Source: Leptogorgia sarmentosa
Lineage: Eukaryota
Direction: 5' to 3'
Assembly: GCA_964658305.1 (NCBI GenBank)
Contig: OZ210885.1
Location: 22,692,001-22,756,000, forward strand
DNA length: 64,000 nt
The first letter of the stretch is position 1. The number at the start of each line of letters is the position of its first letter. The notes beneath the pieces are model-generated. The model was not told the DNA's origin and made no database searches. It saw only the letters and a list, made by a program, of their open reading frames with translations. Of the stretch, positions 49,986 through 63,216 are shown piece by piece. Position numbers and translations under genes: made by a program.

Positions 49986-50949
49986 ACTTTACGCTTCAGG
50001 CAACTTCACACTGCCTACACAGCACTACGGCATCTTTGTAACAAGGTTGCTGAATTGAACAACTTGTTTACAACATGATAACAACTTGTCAACAAGTCTG
50101 GAACAAGGCTTGCAAATACAGTTTGTTACAGCAGCTTGTAACATGTAGCAAGCTTTGCGACTGGAAGCCTTAAGGCTTTAAAAAACTAAAGGACTAACAG
50201 GACATCAACGGTAACTACGTTAACTTTGTCATTGACTTGCAAAACAGTGTAAGGCAATAAGGGATGGTCATAGAACTAATCGATTTGAAATTACACAGGC
50301 TAATCCAGGATGCTCTAAATTATTTACATACCACAAATGTTTCTAAAACATGGAAGTGATTCTTTCTGTCATGACTGTTCAATGCACAGTTAGTACAATA
50401 ATAGACATCGTGACCACAGTCAAGGCAGCGAGTTTCAGCAAATGAAGCGCATTCGCAGCACAATATTCCGTCAGGTTTGAAAGCCTCTCGTTCATAACGG
50501 CATCTGACCAGCATTTCCCTGATTTCTTCCCATTTTCTGTATTCTCGCAATCTTCTTGAATGGTGTTGTGATAGCTCAGAACTATTATTGTCATCATCAA
50601 GTGATTCTGAATTTATATCCATCGACATCGGGCACAAGTTACTAATAATGTCATCATCCGGACATTGTTTTGGACCGTTCTGAGAACTTGAAACTTGGTT
50701 AGTTGATGCTTGTAGACAAATAGTACCAGCATGTTTTCTTCCAGTTGTTGAAACTGAAACGACACGCAGTTTACAAGCTTTAAAACGTTTAGCCGAACTA
50801 ACGCCCGGCTTGGACGCCATGTTTGCTGCTATTCGACTGATTACGCGCTGCATTGTGGGACACACAGCTTCTACAGGTTGCTCAGGTTGCAACACAGTGA
50901 CGCTATATAGCGCTGTTCTAAATTTTAGAACTAACGCTGTATAGTGTAT

Positions 50950-53120
50950 TAGAATAGGTGAAACGGGTGGAAATACAAAGGGGTAAAATATATATGAATT
51001 TGATTTTGGAACTTTCGTTGTATGTGCACGCGGCCTTCCAAATACAGCTCACTGATAAAGGTACCTTGATGTTTTCTCTTCGGCGAAAGTTATATTTTCT
51101 GTCAGTGTGAGGTGTCTGAACGAGTTTTGCTCCTTTTGCAATACCTTGACAAAAAGATTACAAGGCAACTTCAAACCCGGTTGAAGCGAATGACATACTT
51201 TTATGTCTAGTATAAGCGTGCTCACCTGACGCATTTTCTGTAGTCATGCTTGTTATTTCATTGTCACCTGCAGTCGTTAATTTATCACACGGAGTCGTTT
51301 CACAGTTTGAAATAATCATTGATGGGGTAACTTTGGAATTCCCGTCATCAATAGGCGAAGGTACAGAAGGTAGAGTTGAAATACATGGGATGTCTATTCG
51401 AGTACTTTCCACAGTTTCTCCTTCATCTTCGCCAATGCTGAGATCGATTATTTCACAGCTGTCCTCTTTGGTTGTGGGCTCCTGTTGCTAAATTGGATGA
51501 TTGAATTAGCTAAAAATACTTGATATTTACTGACAATATCCTGGATATTAGATTCTTTTTTTTGTATGCACTAAAAAAAATACTTGAATTATGTTCTCCT
51601 TCTCATTGAAAAACACTGCCACTGGGCCAGGTTTTCGGAGTGTCGAGTTCTTTCGCTCTCCACACGTATGGTTTTCTATGAAATAATCATATGTAGTTCC
51701 AGTTTTACAAGTCCCCAATATTAATTTGCGACAGGAAAACTTAGTTCATATACCTAGTGGTAAATCGCAAGTTCTTGAGCTCGTCCCATCTTGTTGTAAC
51801 ATGTCGTACTCATTTCCATAGGAACTATGGGGAGTGTCGATCATGGGTGAATTTAATTCGTAGACATAAAAAATTTTTTTTCAACATTATACCCACCCTG
51901 AGGTTTGCCCTTTCGCGAAAATTATACTGCTCAAGGGATTGGATCTCCATATCTACAGGACAAAAATATTTAGCCGGTTACAAGAAAGGTAATTTCCATG
52001 CAAATTTTACACATTCCACAGTCTGACAAAATTGGCATGCATGACATAAGGCCGAATATATGTATATACCTTGATTTAACGATTTTTCAAAACTAGCATC
52101 GGGTGTCAGTTCAGGGTGGAAATCATCGACATCTTTTTTCCGTTGATCGGCCAATCTTCTTATTGACATAAACACAGACTCGAGGTTTGAACAGTCATGA
52201 TCAGGAATACTTCTATTCACATCTGTCGGGTTGACCAAGACGTTGTTGATAGAACTCGTTTCTACTCTCAGTTCCCGGAGTTCCTGCCTCGGTACGTGAT
52301 TTCTTGAAGCTTTGGTTATCAAACGATGTACCATCCAATGCCTTATGTCATCCACATCTTCACTGTTGTAAAAACAATCTGTTTTGCCACAAGCCAACAG
52401 ATATGCATTCATGCAAGCAAATACTCCACAACTACTTGAGTCTTGTTGGGACGGGATTGTTTTAGGAGCTAAAAGCATCCATTCTTTAAGTGTGAATTTG
52501 ACATTATTGGATGAGAACAGCACCTCCAAAAATCCAAGGGTGAGTCCCAAAACGGTGTAATCGACGCTAAGCAATGAGTCGAAGTATACCAGTAAGGACG
52601 AGTTTGGATATCAAGCGATTAATTGCCAATGTTTATTGAAATGTATTGGGAAAAAAAGAATATCAAATTCTGTTGGACTGACAGACAACGAAACGCGCAA
52701 CATGCTGCTTTTCCACGATTTAGTAGACAACACAGTATATAAGTAAGATGAAAATGCATGTACTCTTGTTCCAGAAGTCAATGACGTCTCCGTTGATATT
52801 GACGCGAAAAATGTATTTACAATACTATCATTCAGCCAATTAGACAGAATCAATGTCTTTAAATGGAAAGACGACACGGTTCCAAAATTGACCTCTTTCT
52901 TGTAACTCCACGCTTTATTCACAAGAATTGAGTCATTTGAAGGGAGCTGCCATTCACTGGAGCACATATCAATTATATTTGATGTCTGTGTGTTTTTCTC
53001 TTCATGCACTCGAGCACCTTTTGAGTAAAAACACATGTACACGTTCTTCATAAATTCATATGAGGTAATAAGGCTTTATTTTTGCTACATACTTCTTTAA
53101 CAATCGTGTCATCATATAAG
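50950..53120 (-). pseudogene. Ulp1/SENP (C48) protease gene, decayed
   Basis: Motifs 'NWLNDSIVNTF', 'ILFFPIHFNKHWQL', 'YFDSL' (about 52575-52590), 'PSQQDSSSCGVFAC'. Has a frameshift and downstream stops. Confidence 0.82.
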
Positions 53121-55024
53121 ATCGCAGTGCTTGCAGTATCAAAAACATATGCTATGAAATGGCCACTCTGAACAAAATGTCCTTTGTGAAGAATAGCACC
53201 TACCAGGGTACACTTCACGACAAAACTGCTGAAAAATATAGGAATCGACCTCCTGAATTAAATGCCACATCCTTGTTAAATTGGTTACGAAGTTTTGATC
53301 ATTCGAAAGCAAACCCCAAAGAATACGGCGATGGCAACACATTGGTTGGGTTGAAGTTGCTTTCGTAGTTCAACAACCAGTACTTCTTTTCAGTATCTGC
53401 TTTTGCACAAGCCACACAGAATTATTTCGGAGTTGCAACATCCCAACCAGCACAAAATACCACCAAATTTGCAATGGTATGCAGCAGCCGTTCACTACTT
53501 CGGACAATTTTGGAAAAATGATGAATGTGTAAGAGATTTTTTGCACAATCAAGGCAACCGCAATCCATATATAACAACCTTTTTAGCCTATCTTCATACA
53601 TTAGGAGACACATATTCTCTTGTCCAACGCCAAATTCTGTCCGCAACATCAGTTCAATGCATACGTTTAATCTCGACGCACAACAACGAACAATTAAAAA
53701 TCATGTTCTGTCTTCACTGCAAAAACGAAATGAGCACTATTCCACCTTCAATGAATCATTACTTACACATACTGATAGTGATTCAGATAACGAAGATGGC
53801 GACGATGTTGAACACAATAGCCCTGTACGTCAACCACCAATGATCTGCCAGAATATTGATATTGACTGGAAAAAGCCTATTGTGGTTACGGGTGAAGCTG
53901 GCTGTGGTAAATCGTATACCATCAACTCTATCGTTACATACTTACTTGCAAACGACGCTACTGTGCTTGTCGCAGCACCAACTGGATTTCTCGCTTCTGT
54001 GTTCAAGGCAATCTTGCCTAATAATGCCAAATGTGAAACAGTGCATGCATCTTTTCACTTTCCCGTTGACACTGCAGATATTCCTCCTTCTATTAACTGG
54101 CAACTATCAAATTTTGATATGATTATAATCGATGAAATATCTATGATTCCACCAACTATTTTTGAACACATTTTGAAAACAATAAATGTCTTGTTGTTTC
54201 GTCCAGTAGTTCTATTTGCTGGAGATGTGGAACAACAACAGCCATTCTGTCGTCAAAATGGACGAATAATGCAACTTCAAAGCGCTTTCGACAACAGTCT
54301 ATTCTTAAGTATGTCATATATTTACAAATTACTCACTCAACATCGCGTTGGCGATAGTGCTTATTTTGCTTTCTTAAAAACCGTTAGAAATTGGGTACCA
54401 ACGCAGCAAGTTCTGGACGAAATACATGAAGGTCATGTGATAAGTGATGACGATGTTATCAGTAATGATACTATTTTAAAAGCATTTTCCATTCATAGCA
54501 ACAACACAATTCTCACCTTCACAAAACAGGCGGCCAATCGGGCAAATGAAGTTATCATAGACAGCATCTTTGCAAAAGAGAATCCTCTTGCTTTCGTCCA
54601 ACTTGACTGGAATTTACCTCCCATAAATATCTATCATGGAATGCGCATTGTGATCACACAAAATCGTGATAAAATAGCTGGTATTGTTAATGGACAGATG
54701 GCGTATGTTCACACGGTTCACAATAATTCGGTATATTTAAAGCTGCCAGATGATAAGGTCTTAGCTGTATATCCAGTCACAATTAAAACTGATGAAAAAT
54801 CACAAACGTTGTATCCCTTTTGCCCCGCTTATGCAACCACAATCTGCAAAGCGCAAGGTCAGACACTTGATAAAATAGTTGTCTGGTTCGATATAGATGC
54901 CATACCACCAGGCACAGTGTATGTTGCGTTGTCAAGAGTGAAATCACACAATGATATATATTTTATGAGAAAGCTTCAACCCTGTTTTTTCACACCTGTG
55001 ACACGATTCTCCCAGTTGTTATGA
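53120..55024 (+). pseudogene. PIF1-family SF1 helicase, C-terminal part of a probable Helitron-like Rep-helicase
   Basis: Motifs 'VTGEAGCGKS', 'AAPTG', 'IIIDEISM', 'FAGDVEQQQP', 'QHR', 'VNGQ', 'YATTICKAQGQTL', 'YVALSRV'. Upstream frames 53159-53368 and 53403-53670 are linked by a stop and a frameshift. Confidence 0.88.
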
Positions 55025-55230
55025 ACCCTTGTCTAAATAATTATATAAAATGTTTTCATACCATATTCAAAGATTAAGAGGTTCATCAATTCCATCTTTC
55101 TTTAATAACGGAAACAACTCAGATAAATAAATTATTATGTAAACCCTTCTTCCCCACTACTCTCTGTACATGTTCAAAATAACAGGAGTATTTTAACTTC
55201 ACTCACGTCAGTTTGGCTTGTTTCCTTTAG

Positions 55231-55971
55231 ATGTATGCTGCAAAATCGAAGCAGACAAGTAATTCTCCAGGCTCTCCTGCTGTAAACTATTTCAGACATT
55301 TTCCTACAAGTTTTTTGAAACCATACGGGATGGCTGATCCTGCACCGTCTGAAGACGTAGTATTCCGTCGTCTCTCGGCCATCAACTGCGAGTGGATGCA
55401 TCGACCCCAAACTGGCATGAGCGAGTTTGCGGAAACGATCGACAAGAATCTTGAATTCCTGTCTGAAACGCATTCCTCTTGCGTCAAACAGAACAAATTC
55501 AAGAACATCAAAGAGAGCCTAGATTCGTTTCTCACCGTACTTAAGAAGTTAAACACAAAAAATGTAGACGAAGGTGAACCAACAGCGCAGGATGTTAAAA
55601 CATTCCTAAAACAAATGTTGAGTGAAGATGAATCCATCAGCGGTTTCTTCGAGGAAATGATGCAGTTTGGCGGTGCCATGTACTTACTTGGAAGCCATTT
55701 TACCGTCATCAAAACGATGCTCAATAATCCGGAAGCCTACGCCACCAAGGGACTGGAAACATTCTGCCCCGAAATGACCCAGTTCAAAGCGGACCCCAGT
55801 GTAAAGGGTATGAAAACGCTCCTGACAAAGACCTGCACTCGAAGTGTAGAAGCACCATGTCGCGATGGAAGTGGCGTAAAAAGGAACTTAGCCGCACTAT
55901 TGGAGTCCTCGGATGAAGAGGAAGAACAAACAGCAACAGTCATTTCCACACCAGTCCTGACAAGAAAATGA
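55231..55971 (+). CDS. Hypothetical protein co-oriented just downstream of the PIF1 gene
   Basis: Open 246-aa frame, more GC-rich than its flanks, with an acidic/basic tail. No domain recognised. Confidence 0.6.
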   Translation: MYAAKSKQTSNSPGSPAVNYFRHFPTSFLKPYGMADPAPSEDVVFRRLSAINCEWMHRPQTGMSEFAETIDKNLEFLSETHSSCVKQNKFKNIKESLDSFLTVLKKLNTKNVDEGEPTAQDVKTFLKQMLSEDESISGFFEEMMQFGGAMYLLGSHFTVIKTMLNNPEAYATKGLETFCPEMTQFKADPSVKGMKTLLTKTCTRSVEAPCRDGSGVKRNLAALLESSDEEEEQTATVISTPVLTRK

Positions 55972-56399
55972 AAAAACAACGATGAAAATCTATAACATTG
56001 ACGTGAGTAAGTCAAGTTCATATTTGTAAGTCGTTGTGTTGTACATTATTAAATTTTATAAGAGAAGAAATGCCTCAGAAGGCAAGAAACTTGAAAAGAC
56101 AATGCTAAAAAAAGACAAAAAAACAACCAAAAAAAAAAAATTAAAAAAAAAATTAAAAAAAAAAAATTGCGTTAATACTTTAAACATAAATTGTCATAAG
56201 TGTAATTTGTATTGAATAGTAAGGTTGATATTCTAAAAGACGTGATAGTATAATCATAGTCAAATTCATATTCGAAAACATCAAACATCATTTGAAATTA
56301 AGAAAGAAGTGAAGTGAAGAAAATGATAAAAACCGTGGTGTGCAGAAATAAACATGAGATTTTGAGGAGAAATTGTGTTAATTGTAATTAATATTGTGC

Positions 56400-57880
56400 A
56401 ATTCGTATTCGAAAACATCAAATATGTCACTTCAAGTGCAATCACTTTCACCTCTGTTGTCATAACATGCATAATGCTATCATTGCAAAACGTTCATCAC
56501 CATTTCCATGAGAAGTAAAGACAAAAAAGGCCCAGGACAACCGACCGTACAGTTACGAGCAGAGAAGCAGGGTGGGTGGGTGGGGAAGCATTGTAAGCAT
56601 TCTTTTGAAGTCTTGTTCGTCATATTTTTGAGTAGTCATTCCCCGTAAATTAATTGTAGTGTCGCATAAAATAGGTGTGTGTATTCGATGCAGCGTGTCA
56701 GTAAATTCGATGCGATTTATCGAAAATGTTAGAATGTTTGGTATTTCTTCTATCAGTTCAACATGATGTGCGGCAGGTTTGCAGTCACAATTTTTGCAAA
56801 CTTCATCATCTTCTGTTGAGAAGCGCCCTGTGGATTGACACCAGAGTAATGACTGTAGGTTAACCATTTTATCAGTTTTAGGAACTTGAATCGGATAGTT
56901 CCATAAGGCAACTTGCCTTCCAGAAATTTTTTCACACTCCGGTACGAGACATCTATTCAAACAAAATATTTTCCATTGAAAAAGCTCATTCAATTCTGGT
57001 AATTCATGTTCGAAAATTTCATTTTTAAGTCCTTCTATAATCTTATTAAAAAACTCTCGGGCATCTTTGTGCTCTCTCACATCTGGAATCATTTCAACAG
57101 CATGCGCAACAGCTAAGGGGCCTTCGCATAATCTAACCGGAAGACATCTTGGTATCAGGAATAATCCGCAAGTTTTCCAGTGATCTTGCAAGTAGAGATA
57201 ATAAACCGGACGGTTCCGATGTATTTGTTAATTTGTTCAAAAAAATCGGCAAAGGAGTGGCCGACAAACAATGTAGAACTCTGCTCAACCAGCAATTTGA
57301 TCTTTTGTTCACTATATTGGCCAAGTGAACAAGTTGAAATTCAGTTCCTTGTTGGAAGAATGAGTCCACATTTTGAGTTTGCGATACCTGTTCAAGGCAA
57401 CAAAACTGGTCGTGTAGTTTTGCTATAATATTATTTTGTGAAGTATCGTGCACGTTTTGTGAAGCGAGGACGTATTTCATGAATGGAATATAGTTGACAT
57501 AGATGCAATTTGTGCAAAAATAATTTGTTTCTCCAATTCTGGCCAGATTTTCACTAAAATTTATGCAATCGAGATGAAATCTTTCTTGGCACAATGAACA
57601 TTCGACTGTGTTAACATATCTTGCTTGGCGACATATACAACACGGATGATCATTCGTCTTCACTTTATTTACTTCACTGATTTTTCTAACTTTGTCAGCA
57701 TACTGATACTCATTGTTTTGATCTTCGTAGAGTGTTATTTGTTCCAACACCATTGACTGGTCACAGTCAACCTCGCCAACATATTCAATGTTACATGTCT
57801 CTCTTTCTGTTAAATTTACTTACTGAATTTTACTGACTTTTTAAAAGCTACCTATTGACTGTCTATTGACAATAGTTGCA
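56400..57880 (-). pseudogene. PHD finger plus USP (C19)-like ubiquitin-specific protease, decayed
   Basis: PHD 'CCIC..VECSLCQERFHLDC..YFCTNC'. Cys box 'IVNKRSNCWLSRVLHCL', 'HKDAREFF', 'PNILTFSINR', and a late 'CNDS...TYLMF'. His box not seen. Confidence 0.7.
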
Positions 57881-58342
57881 CCGTAGAGTATGAAAATGGT
57901 AATAACGTTCACAGCAAAAAACTATGACGCGCCGAACATTTCTTTATTGCCATTGAATTAAATATATTCGCATTGCAAATTAAATATATTCCCATTGGCA
58001 ATTACTTTATTCCCATTGAATTTTATTTATTCCAAGTAAATTTCATTTATTCGTATTGCGAATTTCAATTATTTTTATGTTAATGAAATAAATCGTGTGA
58101 TTCACATTTATTCCGAAAACTAACCCATAAAATCAGGCTTATACAATCATTTATATTTGTCCCATACGAATACAATTTATTAATACCTTGAAAAAATATA
58201 TTTGGATTGTATTACATTGATTTTCGTTCAAAATTTAAAAATTCACCCGAGATGTTCAAAAGTAGAAGTTCCTAGCTATGTTAAAATTTCTTCCATTTAT
58301 GGACCTGTATTTACTGTGTTGACTTGGAGCTAATGGTACACA

Positions 58343-59869
58343 ATGGCGACTGTGCATAGACAACCAAGAGAACGTAACGAACGAGGATTGCAGACGTTCT
58401 TCGAAGAGCTCAAATCTCTTTTTAGCCAACTTGGCCATGCCAACAAAGGTACCCAAAGTCTCGACAAAGAGACTTTGGAGGAATTCATACGAAGGCTACA
58501 AGACGCAGCGGTAACATTACGTCTTTTAGTTGATCATACTTCGGAAGTTGTGATGAGAGCAGGAAATGAAGATCTAGCCTTGATTGCGCAGAATTTAACA
58601 TCTCTTCTCCGATGTACAAATAACATATGCGAGCAGCTTTCCCTCTGCCAACCAGATTCGTTGTTTATGGGCTTTTCCTGTCGTACAACGAAAGCAGAGA
58701 TTGGTCCTGGACGCCCTCAAGTTGAAGTTAGTAAAGAACAACTAGAATTTCTGAGATCAATGCACTTTAGTTGGAGTAAAATCGCGACCCTTTTGGGCGT
58801 TAGCTTATCCATCATCAACAGAAAAAGAGAATACTGGCAAATGAACGATGAAATTTCACAGTGGTCACAAATATCAGACGAAGAACTGGACAACATTGTC
58901 GGAGAAATTAGGAGACTAACCCCCAACATAGGGGAACGTAGATTGGTGGGTGCTTTACGATGTAGACACATTCATGTTCAACGCAGGAGGGTGCGAAACT
59001 GTTTAAGGCGACTGGATCCAATTGGTACTGCTCTCAGATGGAGACCAGTAATCTACAGAAGAAAATACTCTGTTCCCTGCCCAAATGCTCTATGGCACAT
59101 AGACGGTAATCATAAATTAATAAGATATCGTTTCGTCGTTCATTGCTGTATAGATGGATATTCTCGATTACTGATTTACGTACACTGTGTTGATAACAAT
59201 AGAAGTAGCACTGTTTTGGAACAGTTTGAAAAGTGAGTAGCAAAATTTGGCTTACCATCAAGAGTTCGAAGCGACCATGGCATGGAAAATTTCGGCTTTG
59301 CAACCTACATGTTAGAACGCAGAGGACTGGATCGAGGAAGCATCATAACTGGGAGTTCAGTTCACAATTGTAGAGTGGAAAGAGTACACAGAGATGTTTA
59401 TGCTGGTGTTTTGTGTTTCTATGCGTCAATTTTTAATCAGTTAGAAGAATTAGGACAATTGGATCCTTTGAATGAAATCCATATTTTTGCTTTGCACAAA
59501 GTGTTTAAACGCAGAATTAATAATTCATTGAACGAGTTTGTTCAGCAATGGCAACACCACCCGTTATCAACAGAACACAATTTATCGCCAATTCAACTGT
59601 TTACCAAAGGTGTCTTGGAAAATCTAAATTCGGATTACAGTGCCGTAGACAGTTTTGTGAGTGAACAGGAGATGCAGGCCTATGGAGTAGACTATGATGA
59701 AGTGAACACTGATGAAACAGATTGCCAAGTGACAGTACCAGGAATTAACACTGGTTTAAACAACAATCAGATTTCATTTATTGAACAAAATTTTGATTTT
59801 GTCTCAGGTGATGGAGTCACGGCATATTTGCAATGCATAGATCTGGTCCAAGATATGCTTAATAACTGA
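58343..59869 (+). pseudogene. IS3/IS481-like integrase-core transposase with one in-frame TGA (59234-59236)
   Basis: HTH 'FSWSKIATLLGVS', 'WHIDGNHKLIRYRFVVHCCIDGYSR', '[12 protein letters not shown]', '[14 protein letters not shown]'. Confidence 0.92.
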
Positions 59870-60151
59870 TTGTTAATGCATGGTGAAAGAAGATTGTTAT
59901 AATGCAGTACTCGTATACTACCATGACGAACATCATAATACAACTGTTCGAAATTTTATCACTACATGTACATAACAAATTGGTCTTTGATTGTAAACAA
60001 ATATCAACTTGGAAACATGAACATATTATGAGCCCAAATACGGGGGCAACCCCCAGGAACAACGATGATTTTTGAAAACTCAACTACAATTGGGAGACAG
60101 TTTGTACTAAAATGCCGTCACTGTTTCAGCTGGAATCAATTAAACAAGGCT

Positions 60152-63100
60152 TTAAACAAGGTCCATTTCAACGTCATGTTGATTTAAAATGCTGGTAAAC
60201 TCTTGCCTAAAATCGCAAAAATCATCATAGGTTGATGGCAGCTCAATGACATTGCCGCACGTGTGAAAAATAGGCCTTCTTGCTGCTCCTGTGATTGAAG
60301 TGAATGTCACTTGAATGCCATTTCCAATGACAATATCGGCTCCTGTGCTTAACCTGAGGAATTTATGCAATAAGCAATCATCTAGGCCTTTTACCCATCT
60401 CTTTAAATGGGCTAAACTCTCAGCTTCCGTTGGGGTTTCAGGTGTAGCAATAAACATACGACAGACCTTTGCTGGAGTGGGCTGCAGTGAAGAAAACTGG
60501 TGTTGTAATGCCTCTACGGTTGGGAAAAATACCTTCAGAGACTTTAAGATGGTTTCCCAACAATCTGCAACATATTTAGGTTTTTGGACAAGCTCTTTAT
60601 GGGCAAGTTCAACCAATACATCAGATATATTCTCCTGATTAACTGCTTTCTTACAGTCAAATGCTGTAAGGAAATCAAGGAAATCTTCATCTTCAGGGAC
60701 ATGTTACCTGAAATTATGGGAACCACTAATTATTTTAAAAAGATACAAAACATTCAATATCATTCATTTCCTGGTGATTACTATATAATAGCTTGGACGA
60801 AACATCAAAATAAATTTGCTGTTCACTTTTGCCACCACAAGTATCTATTGTTTTGTATTTTACCTGAAATGACTTTGTCAATAATATCTGCCTCTGCTCT
60901 TGACACATATCTTTTAAATGACTCCAAATACATCTCCTTGGATATCGATTCTTCTCCAAAAACTAGTGATACAATGAAAACTTGAGATATCTGAATTGGA
61001 AAATATTTTTCCTGGATAAATCCTTTCAGAAAAATTCGAGCCAAAGCTTGCCAATGATTTTTGTTCATATCATGCCGTATGCAAGGCACTCTTTCGTCTT
61101 CTCCCAACATCAAACTGATGTATGCATCCTGCCAGAAGAGGGAGAGAGCATCACGAATCACTCCTATGCCTTCCCCTTTTTCTTCGTTCCCATGTTCGTT
61201 GATCATCTTTACTACCACGAATTTGGTCATGATATCCTCCCGCTCGAAGATAGACATCAGTTCTTTTCTAAGATTGGTTCTATGAAGAGAAATTTCCATT
61301 CTCTCTTGTATTTCTCCCGACAATAGTAAAACAGGGTCCCCTGCACCCGGATTTGATTCAGAAGTTTGTCCACTTTCTGTTGAATCCAGTAATCCTCGTG
61401 AGACTTGTAATGCTTGGCCAACTGCAGTGTCTGACATGTCAGGCAATTCCAATAATGTTTGGTCCAGATCATTATCATCGTCAAAGACATCTAAAATGAT
61501 TGTAAAAAACATTTGTTACAATGTACAATTTGTAATATAAATGTACCGTAAATGTTGTATGTGGCTTCAGTTAATGACAACAAGCATAAGGATAAGTTAG
61601 GAGGATGCAAATTCCAAAAACAGCCTTGTAGTACTGAAATATGGACAATTGCAGATTCTGTATACCTTCAAATGGTAACAACACTTGATCACCTGTTGAT
61701 CTAGATCTGTTGCTCATTATTTCTTGATCATTTCTTTTGTTAGCTGTAGTAGCATCTGTAGCTGTTGAAAGATGTATGATTCCATGATCAATGATGATAG
61801 TGACAGATTTGCTGACATGATGACATTAAGAGGTTTACACAATCAAAGTACATGTTACTTGTTAATGTAATTCTTCCGGACTTACAAAAAGATAATGTGG
61901 TTTGAATCAGCTCTTCACCAGAGTCTGAATCTGTGTCAGAATCACTGATATCATATTTGTCCAACAGTCTCACATAGACAGCACCTTGACCAGAAATTTT
62001 CAGTAAGGCATCTGTGGTAACACCACATCCACTGGCAAACTTGGGCTCAACAAGAGTCCCATAGCAAGCCTGTAAATAATAACAGCACGTAAATAACAAC
62101 AAAAAACACAACAATATGTGTAGAAACTGTTACCATATAGCACAATAAACACCTGTTTCAATAATTCTACATATACTTAATAACAAAATTTTGTGTTATT
62201 CGAGGGGTGTGTTACTTGATGTAAATCATCTGAAATACTGTCAATGTTTCATCAGAGATTCTGGAAAACACTCCTTTTGCTCAATATTCCTAAATTTCTA
62301 CACATTCTTAAGCTTTCGAACCCCGGAACAAGATTTGACTTGGGGGTTAGTGTTAGGGAGGTGGGGTGGGGCAGTAGGCATTTTTACCCAGGGGAAATTT
62401 TGAAATCTGAAGTTCTAGAAATGGCAAAGTTGAGTTTATATTTACTACATATTTCATTCCCTTTTTGTGTGGTGTCCCCCCTGGCTGGAGGTGTGAGGCA
62501 AATGACATCCTTTGCCCTCATCCTCTCCTCTCTCTGGCCAGCCTAGCCAATATTGAATATACAATATAATATACTATATATAAACATATTAATATACAAT
62601 ATAATATACTATATATAAACATGGTAGTAGTAGTTCTATGGAGAATAATTAATAGTCAACTCACTTTTACATACTGAAATAGCATATCTTGGTGTGGGAG
62701 TTGTTTACGAATATTAGATTTTAATGACACAGCGTCCCAAGAACGATCAAAGGGAAAGCCAGAAACAATAAGCTTGTTTTTCTCAAGTGCCACACGAGCA
62801 TTGTGCGTTGGGACTTTCTTTGTTCCAGGATCTGGAATGATGACTAGATCCCTATACACAATATTAGATGCAGCCGGTCATCCTCTTTTCCCACTAGAAG
62901 CTTTTGATGTTGTTCTGCCGCGTGGCCTCCCTCTCTTACTGCTGGAAGGCTGTCTTCCCTGGGTTGCTGCATTATCGCTGCTACTAGTGGAGGGACTACT
63001 GGTTGGCAAAAGACGTGCAGGGCGGTAGCTAGGAAATCGTCGCAATAGTTCTGAGCGTATTGTTGTTTCATTGTCAGGCTGAGTATTGTTTGCATTGGCT

Positions 63101-63216
63101 GTTGATGCTGATGTTGCTGATTCAGCCACTCGCTGGACGTCCTCTCTAGTTATATTTTGAAATAAAAGTAAAGCTTCAGCCGCCTGTCCGCAAGCGGCCA
63201 TAAAGTTGTCAGCCAT
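60152..63216 (-). pseudogene. Multi-exon HECT-domain (G2E3-like) E3 ubiquitin ligase gene carried by the IS3EU element
   Basis: Motifs 'EKGEGIGVIRDALSLFW', 'FLRLSTGAD', and catalytic 'RRPIFHTCGNVIELPSTY'. Apparent frameshift near 62870. Confidence 0.8.

Larger units (their letters stand above)
35814..50821 (-). pseudogene. KDZ (Kyakuja-Dileera-Zisupton) transposase gene, N-terminal half, six exons over 15 kb
   Basis: Exons ~50821-50330 (Cys cluster 'CCEC..RCLDC..YCTNC..H..NHFH'), ~49620-49527, ~48450-48227 ('CECE..LWPNSAKRPVVAFHLKLM'), ~37492-37443, ~36463-36374 ('CPLCPK') and 35990-35814 ('MDGCFGLVRKKSAG'). GT-AG boundaries are visible. Confidence 0.75.

Noticed and set aside
57878..57892. 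Right end of the IS3EU element that starts at 30645
   Set aside because: Only CACCGTA matches, with no subterminal repeats and no GTGTCT target duplication.
58343..59869. Bacterial IS3/IS481 contamination or recent horizontal transfer
   Set aside because: The related copy at 34077 has a GT-AG intron, the partner HECT gene is spliced, and the flanks are eukaryotic repeats.
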